A stretch of DNA of 64,000 bases from Octopus vulgaris. Its lineage: Eukaryota. This document shows, piece by piece, positions 54,665-64,000 of the stretch (its first letter is position 1; each line of letters starts with the position of its first letter). A model generated the notes under the pieces. The model saw only the letters and a list, made by a program, of their open reading frames with translations, was not told the origin of the DNA and did not search any database. The DNA lies in NCBI GenBank assembly GCA_951406725.2, contig OX597832.1, positions 28,954,001 to 29,018,000 of the forward strand, read 5' to 3'. Made by a program: the position numbers and the translations under genes.

Positions 54665-55633
54665 TGTGTGTGTGCGTGTGTGTGTGTGTGACTATGTGTG
54701 CATAGTACTGCATTTATATATTATATATTATATTATATCATATTATATATGCATATATATGATGTGTGTATATACATATATATATATATATATATACATA
54801 GACACACACATACAAATATATATGTATGTATGTGTGTGTAAGTAAAGTATATATGTATGCATGTATGAGTGTATTGGTTTGTGTGCGTATGTATGTGTAC
54901 ATGCATGCATGTATGCATATATGAAGAGATGTGTGTGTGAGGGGAGGGTATAGAAAGCAAAGGATAGGTGGAGGAGGAGGAGCAACATCAACGGTAGTTA
55001 TCTCACGAGGCTGTTAGGACATAGGCGTTGTGTTGCTATTTCGCTTTAGACATTCGGGGATGTGTGTCTTGTAAGACACAACAAACACTCCTGGTTACTT
55101 CAGTTTGACCAAAGTGAGGAAGAGAAAATATATATAAGAGTTAATATTATGTTATATCGCAATACTACACAGTGGCTGCGTGAGCTACGAAATCCTCGTC
55201 GCCGCTGATATATCACACGTTCGGATGACCCCTACTCAACTCTAAAAATAATGCTGCCAACTACTCTGACCCCTACTCAACCCCTCGACATCTGCATTTC
55301 TCCCTCTATATCTACGTAATGGGCTAGCCTACTTCATCGTCTGGTTCGTCGACACAACATATTATTATCTTTTGCCCCCAATCTTGAATATTATGCCAAA
55401 CACGGAGTATATGAACTCCTTCTGTATACTCCGGCAGAATCACTGTAAATACCCTATCTTGTCTTGATAGACTCCCTGCCAAGTCCATGAAGTCACGTAA
55501 CCCATTCTTTGTGAATTCCTTGTAGAGTTTCTGTAGAAGCATTTTTACAGTTTTTGTAAAGTCCCAGTAGAGTCTCTCTAGAATTAATGTTAAATCTATG
55601 TAGAGTAGCAACAGACTCGTCACAACATTCGCG

Positions 55634-56022
55634 TAGAGTTTCTCGACCATTTTCTTTTTTATCTATTGACCCCTTTGGTTACTATTTTGTTCTGCTGGAC
55701 CCTCATAGCCAGTCGATGTTTTAAAACTAGTTTTATAGAAACTTCTTTCAGTCTTTCTTCTTCCTTTTTTTTTTTTTTGACGACACATTAACCTGTTAGG
55801 CTGAACCATGCAAAACATTTGAAAAGGCAACCCAGCTGTTTCATGCAATACATACCAATACATATTGTCTAAAGCAAAAGTTTTTCAGAGGCCCTTAAAA
55901 TACTATAGTGAATTTACTATTTTGTTGTGTGGACCCCAAAAAATCTTGTATAGAACCCCTCACCCACCCCAGGGATCGTATAGACCCTCTGTGGTCACAT
56001 GGACCCCAGTTTAGAACCACTG
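55634..56022. mobile_element. Degenerate hAT-like MITE
   Basis: Right end gtttagaaccactg, decayed left end tagagtttctcgacc, repeated ggaccc subterminal motifs; TSD not recognisable. Confidence 0.55.
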
Positions 56023-57111
56023 GTAGAGAGTCAACAGTGTCAATATAGACTCTATGTAAAGCTTATATAGAGTGTCTAATCTGTCCCTGTATATTCTTTT
56101 GACCCTTGGCCTGCCCTGTGTACCACACGTGGCACACACGATGCACTTCCCTGGTATCAATGCATCATATAGGATACACTTTCTCAGTCTTTCTTTGAAA
56201 ATTACGATAGGAAATACTTTATATAACTCAGAACGAATAAAAATGAGGATTAACTAAGCCTGGAAACAAGAATGGTCGCTTAGGACAAACTCATTAAAAT
56301 GTTTTGGACAGGCAAATAGTTAAAGTGCCTTATAGTGCCGCAGTGGCGCGGCACCGGGGCCGTTAAAAGCCACGACCACAGCAATTCTGTCTTCAATACC
56401 AACATTGTTATTCCAATCGATGCTACTTGGCAATAGAACATGGCTAACAGTGATTTCCAATATTCTAATATTGGTTAAAGTGATCTTGTCTAATGAATCA
56501 ATGTTGTTTAGTTCGATTATTCAGAGAATGGCAGGAGGAGGAGGAGGAGGAGGAGGAGGAGGAGGAGGGGGATAGGGGAGGAGGAAGATGGGAGGAGATC
56601 AGGAATAACATCTGTTCACATGGCTGGCATCACGTTTTACAAGAGAACAGGCGAAGGAATTGGTGGAATTGTCATGGAATGATTGATTGAAATTCTGGCG
56701 CATTTCGCTTTGCAGTCATCTGATTAAACTTCAAACTTCACTCGCCACCCCCCGCCACCCCTGCCACCCCCGACTCACCACACTCTTTACTTATTTGCCA
56801 GTGAGATCTGATAACAACGCATATACATACACACACATACACACACACACACACAATACATACATACATGCAAGCAGACATGCACGCATCTACATGCACA
56901 CACATATATATAGATACATTCCTAGACACCTACGTACATACACACTCTCACTCTCTCTCTTTCTCACACACACACGCACACACACACTCACACAACACAC
57001 ACACTCATACACACACACTCTCTCACACACACACACTCACGCACGCACAATTTCTCATGCACACTCACTCTCTCACACACACACTCTCTCTCTCTCTCAT
57101 ACACACACACA

Positions 57112-57146
<35 letters not shown>

Positions 57147-57207
57147 TCTATTTCATACACGCACACACTTACGCACACACAATCTCTCATACACACACTC
57201 TCTATCA

Positions 57208-57242
<35 letters not shown>

Positions 57243-58002
57243 TATCACTACTACCTTTGTTGATTTAAAAAAAACTTTTGTACGTGTTCTGGAATTTATT
57301 CTGATGTTAAAAGATTTGAAGAATTTCCACCCGTTATATGACAAGGGTATCTTGTAGTTTGGCGTATCATGTGTTCCACCTCTGGGAGGATCTCAGTCAC
57401 GTTACCACTGACAGCTAACAATAACAGACGAAAATGAAGCCCCCAATACGTTACCACTTGTGTTTACTCCAGTGAACTGTGCCTCTCTGGTCCACACGGT
57501 GCCAACATTAAGGAATATCCCCTCCCCTTCTACAAATGTAGAACCGTTGATCTAATCATTTATTTTATTTTATAGAAACTACTTGCGACGGGATGCGAAC
57601 CCGAGACCCAATGATAAATAAATAAATTTTCTATTTCTTTCGCAAAGTCTAACAACAGAGAAATAGGTACCCTGACCATTGCACCGTTGTGTCTTTCCAT
57701 CAGTTAGTTTTTACAAAGTGGGAATCCGTTTGGTTGCTCGATCTGCTAAAAATGGCAGCCAAATCCCGCTTTAAATAACACCGGGCTATCTTAAAACAAG
57801 GAAGAGCACATACGAGAAAAACACTCCTAATATATAAAACAAGGTGGTCATGATTGGAACGCTATGTGTTGATCGAACACGGCTGATCATGGGGTAAAAA
57901 GAACAGCACTAGCAACAACAACAACATCAACAGCAAAAACAGCAGCCGTTCAAGAATTTGGACCTGGAGATCTCCATTTCCAGCGACTTCGAAGGCCACC
58001 TC

Positions 58003-58150
58003 CCAGTGGTGTCGGGCGTCAACGAAGAGCCCTCAACTACAACAAGACGACCAAAGTTTTTTTTTCCAGGGTCTAGGGTCTCCCGCCCCTAAGCCCTAGA
58101 CCATCACCTAATCACCCTTATCCGTCTTGTTGCTTAACAACAACAACAAC
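58003..58150 (+). repeat. Dispersed repeat family F (empty site)
   Basis: Single ccctagac at about 58094-58101; ends in (AAC)n. Confidence 0.85.
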
Positions 58151-58809
58151 AACAACAAATAACAACAACACTCACGTTTCTCGCACAAAGCAAAGAAAAA
58201 AACAGTGAGAGAAATAGCAAATGGGTGAAGCGAGTGAGAAAGAACACTTGAAGACGGCCGGGGAATGGACCACCTGAAATTCAATATACAAACTATAAAC
58301 ACCAGAACGTTTGTTTAATACGTGCGTTCGCACGTATATATGCGCGCGCGTGTGCGCGTGTGGGTGCGAAAACAAACGGAAATGTACGAATCCAAGTTTA
58401 TTACAGAAAATATAAGAAACTAAAAACCTGTTCGCCGACGCAAAAATGTCACACTCCGACTCGAGACAAAACTGTGATGATTTAGAAATAATGGTTATTC
58501 CTGTGAGTAACCAGAGAATCTCATCTTAACTGCTACCACTTTCGATAGCATCTCCTAATACTACTACTCCTTAAACTTGGTCGCCATTTATTTTACAGTA
58601 AACACCTTCGTTTGTTTTTGCTTCTCGACAGATGTCGCTGTGAAGTGTGAAATTGTTGATGGGGCGAAGAAAGCCATGAATTCACTCTGAAATATCTCTT
58701 TACATGCACCAAGTGGTTTGGTTCTTATTATTGCCACAGAGAGAGAGGAGGGGAGGAAGAAAGAAAGGAAGGAAGAAAGAAAGGAAGGAAGGCAAGAAGG
58801 AAGGAAGGA

Positions 58810-58851
<42 letters not shown>

Positions 58852-58940
58852 AAGGAGAAAGGAAGAAAGAGAGAGAAAGGAGAAAGGAAGGAAAGAAAGA
58901 GAGAAAGAAAGAAGGAAGGAAGGAAGAAAAAAGGAAAGGG

Positions 58941-58974
<34 letters not shown>

Positions 58975-59229
58975 GAAGGAAGAAAGGAAGGAAGGAAGGC
59001 AAAGAAGGAAGGAAAGAGAGAAAGAATGAAGGAAAGAGAGAAAGAAAGAAGGAATGGAGGAAGAAAGAAAGAAAGAAGGTAAGAAGGAAGGCAAGAAAGA
59101 GAGATAGATAGAAACATACAACTGTCATGACGAGAGTCTTAATTAGCCTCACCTGGGGGAAAACACACACGTGAACATATACACACACTTATGTACATAT
59201 ACAAGCACAATAAGACACATACATAAGTA

Positions 59230-59437
<208 letters not shown>

Positions 59438-59450
59438 TGTGTATGTGTGT

Positions 59451-59514
<64 letters not shown>

Positions 59515-60005
59515 ATATATGTGTATGTATGTATGTGTAGGTTTGATGGAATATACAGAAGAAATAACATTCATTGCTTGAATACAGTAGTTTAAGAGTC
59601 GACTTATATACAGACATGCGTACGTACATAAATACATACATACATAAATACATACATACATGCAGAAAAGTGTGTTAAACCATGTATTTCTACAACTATT
59701 TTACAGCTTAGGAGCGAAAGGAATCGTATTATTAAATCCGCCATTCTTCAGTACGTTGACGTTAGTAAGGATTCCTTCGACAGCGATGAGATTTGCAATC
59801 AAAGGATTGTACAGATTAGACACTAAAAATTGAAATGCAAAATATTATGCAAAAACGTTATACAGAGACAATATATTAGTGCGCTGTAAAGCCAATCTAA
59901 TGTCCGATAATTACGTAAGTTTTAGAAGAAAAACGTTTAATCAAAATCCTTAACGGCTTTGATCTTAGAATTTCGAAACCCACAAACAGGAATTCTTTTC
60001 TCGCC

Positions 60006-60303
60006 CTTTTCAAGCCTAGCCAGGCTCATGGGCTCGGATTCCCGGTTTCTGTGGCGTATGTGTTCCCCCCAGCTGGACGGGACGCCAGTCCATCGCAGCA
60101 TTACTCAAGAAACGGGAAAAGAGAGTGAGAGAAAGTCGTGGCGAAAGAGTACAACAGGGGTCGCCGCCACCCCTGCCGGTGCCCCGTGAAGCTTTTAGGT
60201 GTTTTCGCTTAATAAACACACACAACGCCCGGTCTGGGAATTGAAACCCCGATCCTCCGCCCACGAGTCCGCTGCCCTAACCACTGAGCCATTGCGCCTC
60301 CAC
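60006..60303 (-). mobile_element. SINE family D, near full length
   Basis: Reverse-complement homologue of 44373-44602, with the tail retained. Confidence 0.88.
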
Positions 60304-61096
60304 ACGAACACGAATATTTTCAATTTTTCTAATGTACCGTTAATATAGAGAGAAATAGATGCCAACCAAGTAACGAAATGAATGAAAAGCTTATGTCCAC
60401 AAATAACCATCACATCAGACCCTCTCATTGCTTTCAGAAATTGAATTCAAATCAGAAAAGATTTTCTAATATAGCATGAACAAATCTTAAGAATATTGAA
60501 TTCATTAACATCTACTCAACCTCTGAGTCCTTCAAGGTGACAAAAATGAACCTTTTAGTTTCCTGCAGGATCGTACATGACGAAAGACAGAAAAGAGCGA
60601 TGTTACAAATCAAAATCTGCAAACAAATAGATCTTAGACACATTGAATATTATCTCACCCGTTTATGTAACTAAACGTGTATATATGAATGTATGTGTAT
60701 GTATATGCGGTGAGTGTGTTTGTATTCAAGCGCGTGCGGGGGGTATATGTGTGTGCGTTCGTGTGAGTATGTGCTTGATGTATGTATATGAGAATATGTA
60801 AAGAAAGAGAAAGAGGGTAGCATTGATATTTGCGCTAGATCTAAAGGAGTATGTATGCTAGTTAATTCTGCTCTTAAGTATGCATGTAGTGCGTCCTATA
60901 CAGTTCCCCAGAATGCTGACATTTAGTGTGATAGTAACTCTGTATAACAATCACTACTTTAAGAAGATATAAAGTCTTTATTAACCAGCTTTATGTGATT
61001 CTGCTTTTAAATGGCTGTTGGGGTTAGTGGTGACGGTTGGCTAGTTATATACTTTGGCTATGCTGTGTAATCTGTGCGATAATGTTGTCAAACTCA

Positions 61097-61374
61097 CAGA
61101 TGAGTAGGTTATCTTGTATCGCTACAATGTTTTACAGAGATATTTTATTGTGACATAACATCGTCGTACGGTTATATAAGAGGTGCAATATCTATAAGAT
61201 TATGCAATACATCACAATTAATCTCTCAACTCTTCGGGTCAAACCATATGCATGTCAACAATCGATACGCTGTCTGGTCAGCAACTCCAATAACTTAACA
61301 GTATGTACGATGTTACGGCACAATAAAATTTCTTAATGAAACATTGTAGCAACGGAGTATAAGCCATTCGTTTG
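61097..61374. repeat. Old diverged inverted repeat (core arms about 61118-61174 / 61296-61353)
   Basis: gctacaatgtttt...ttttattgtgacataacatcgt versus acgatgttacggcacaataaaa...aaacattgtagc. Confidence 0.65.
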
Positions 61375-61565
61375 TTTCGTTTTGATATTCTGTCATGCTT
61401 AAAGTTCCTCTCAGTTTTCGGGATTCTCTTGGATCAACAGAATTTCCCTTAAGTGATGAAACTTTCGCTAATGGAATGGATTGTTTCTCTGGTGATTTGT
61501 GTCATGGTTTCAAGTTTGGCCTGCATCACTATGATATGCTTCGTTCTTAAAATAGATTCCCTTTA

Positions 61566-61653
<88 letters not shown>

Positions 61654-61697
61654 GTCTGTCTGATGTCTGTCTGTCTATCTATCTATCTATCTATCTG

Positions 61698-61788
<91 letters not shown>

Positions 61789-61913
61789 CTATCTATCTCT
61801 ATCTATCTATCTGTACATATATAGATATAAAGATAAGATCGTTATTTAAAATACCGATCATATCAATTGGCTAGCATGAGAATAAAACCTCATAGGTAAT
61901 AATAATTATTATT

Positions 61914-62171
61914 AAAATTATAATTAAGGATATCTAAAAGATACCACAATGCTAGATATAGCAGCCAAAACTTGACTCTAAAACCACATTAAATGTTCAT
62001 ACAGCGCCACGAGAGAAGACAAAGAGTCAAATTAAACTAGCAAACTAGTTTATTTTGTCTCTTTGTCTTCTTTCCTGGTGCTATATGAACATTTAATGTG
62101 GTTTTAGAGTCAAGTTTTGACTGCTATATCTAGCATTGTGGTATCTTTTAGATACCCTTAATAATAATTTT
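61914..62171. repeat. Near-perfect palindrome: 127-bp arms, 4-nt loop (caaa, 62041-62044)
   Basis: The arms are reverse complements with scattered substitutions and no apparent indel. Confidence 0.9.
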
Positions 62172-62572
62172 GTGTGTGTGTAAATACACACACACACACA
62201 CAATCACACACACTGTAGCCTGAGTTTACACTGCGAGACTCTTCATTATCCAACTCTCGACATGTTCGCCACGGCCTCGCATTCTAGCGTTGCCGACAAA
62301 CGTTGATGCTATATAAGGAATGTTTACTGGGGTTTTTTTTTTTTTTTGGTCCACATCTCAGAACGCTTTGCCTTCCTTCTTGTTAAACTCCCAGTCTTCA
62401 CAACGAGGCAGTGATGCAGCTGGAATATGGAACCAGACGAAGCCAGAGCTTGCAGCTACTTGCGCACAAGACATGTCGTCTGACTCTATTCAGAATTTAT
62501 GTAGGCATGTATGTACACTTGTTCGTGTACGTGTCAGAGTGTGTATACATATATACATTTATACATATACAC

Positions 62573-62710
<138 letters not shown>

Positions 62711-62745
62711 CTATATATATATATATATATATTTATATATAAATG

Positions 62746-62783
<38 letters not shown>

Positions 62784-62916
62784 TTCTTAATTTCGCTTGT
62801 ATATGTTTGTATATATGTGTATACATCTATAAGCATATATACTGATATATATATACATATATGTGGGTATATATGCATGTATGTGTGTGTGTATGTATGT
62901 GTGTGTGTTGTGTGTG

Positions 62917-62951
<35 letters not shown>

Positions 62952-63660
62952 GTGTATGTATGCAATCATTCCATACCGTGCCCCTCCCCCTCAGCCATCC
63001 ACCCCGGTAGTTAGATATTCGTTACTTATCTTTCAAACTCTTAAACGTTAAATGGATGAGATAGAGATCTACCTTGAATAAGATACCCGCTTATCGCAGA
63101 CACCATTCTTAGATAAAAGTAAAACAACATGGACACATACACACACACATACATACATACATACATACATACATACATACATACATACATACATACACAC
63201 ATACACACATATATACATACACACATATATTCGTACATACATACATACATACATACACACATATATTCATACATACATACATACATACATGCACACACAC
63301 ATACATACATACATACATACATACATACATACATACATACATACATACATACATACATACATACACGTATGTATGTATGCATGTGTGTATGTATGTACTC
63401 ACACACACACTTGCACACATAATGAATGTATATTTACGTCATGTATATATAGATATATATATATATATATATACATGATGTAAGTATACGTACATTATGT
63501 GTATAATTGTGTGTACATACAAATCTTTATATATATATGTGTATGTATATGTACATATATATAAGTATATATATGTGTGTGTGTATATATATATATATAT
63601 ATAAGTGTTTAGATATGTATGTATATACATCATAGGCAAACATACCCACATATATACACG

Positions 63661-63707
<47 letters not shown>

Positions 63708-63880
63708 CCATAAGCCTAATAAGCTAGATTATCACTAAAATACCCATTTAATCTTGACATATTGTCTCGGTGTGTGTGTGTATGTGATATTTTTTGAAAT
63801 GTGTATATTTATAATTGTTTGTTCGTGTGTGTGTACCTGTGTGTGCGTGTTTGTGTGTGTTGTTTGTCCTTTGTTTGTCC

Positions 63881-63916
<36 letters not shown>

Positions 63917-64000
63917 TGCGTGCATGTGTGCGCGTGCGTGTGTGTGTGTGTGTGCGTGTGTGTGTGCGTTTGTGTGTGTGTCTGTGTTTGTGTGTGTTAT

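Noticed and set aside
55324-55650. 108-aa non-repetitive minus-strand ORF
   Set aside because: No recognisable motif, it starts inside a MITE end, and there is no convincing splice context.
56099-56324. Possible TTAA-type (piggyBac-like) MITE
   Set aside because: The putative TIRs match only loosely and the left TTAA is absent.
57580-57692. A-box-like and B-box-like motifs on the minus strand separated by a hairpin
   Set aside because: No acceptor stem or cloverleaf can be built; probably a decayed SINE head or chance.

Overview
Eukaryotic, extremely microsatellite-rich non-coding DNA. The SINE families and repeat density suggest an octopus (coleoid cephalopod) intronic or intergenic region, which is an inference. 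I can support no host protein-coding gene, and almost every ORF in the track is translated microsatellite. The only real coding sequences are two non-LTR retrotransposon fragments: a Tx1/L1-clade ORF2 3' half in an (ATCT)n array, and an R4/Dong-type restriction-like endonuclease end in a (TAA)n array. The window also holds at least four tRNA-derived SINE families (one as a 185-bp tandem array), hAT and Tc1/pogo MITEs, a non-autonomous Helitron and an intron-containing tRNA-Lys(UUU)-like gene. The main hidden signals are: (1) type I hammerhead ribozymes read directly from sequence, one capping a G·U-rich rod (4823-5015, minus strand), a mirror pair inside a perfect 149-bp inverted repeat between (TA)n tracts (19233-19584), and several decayed copies; (2) retroelements that each appear to target a different microsatellite; (3) a SINE whose 3' tail matches the Tx1-like LINE's 3' tail; (4) several long foldback structures that could be dsRNA/ADAR substrates. 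All alignments and folds were done by eye.
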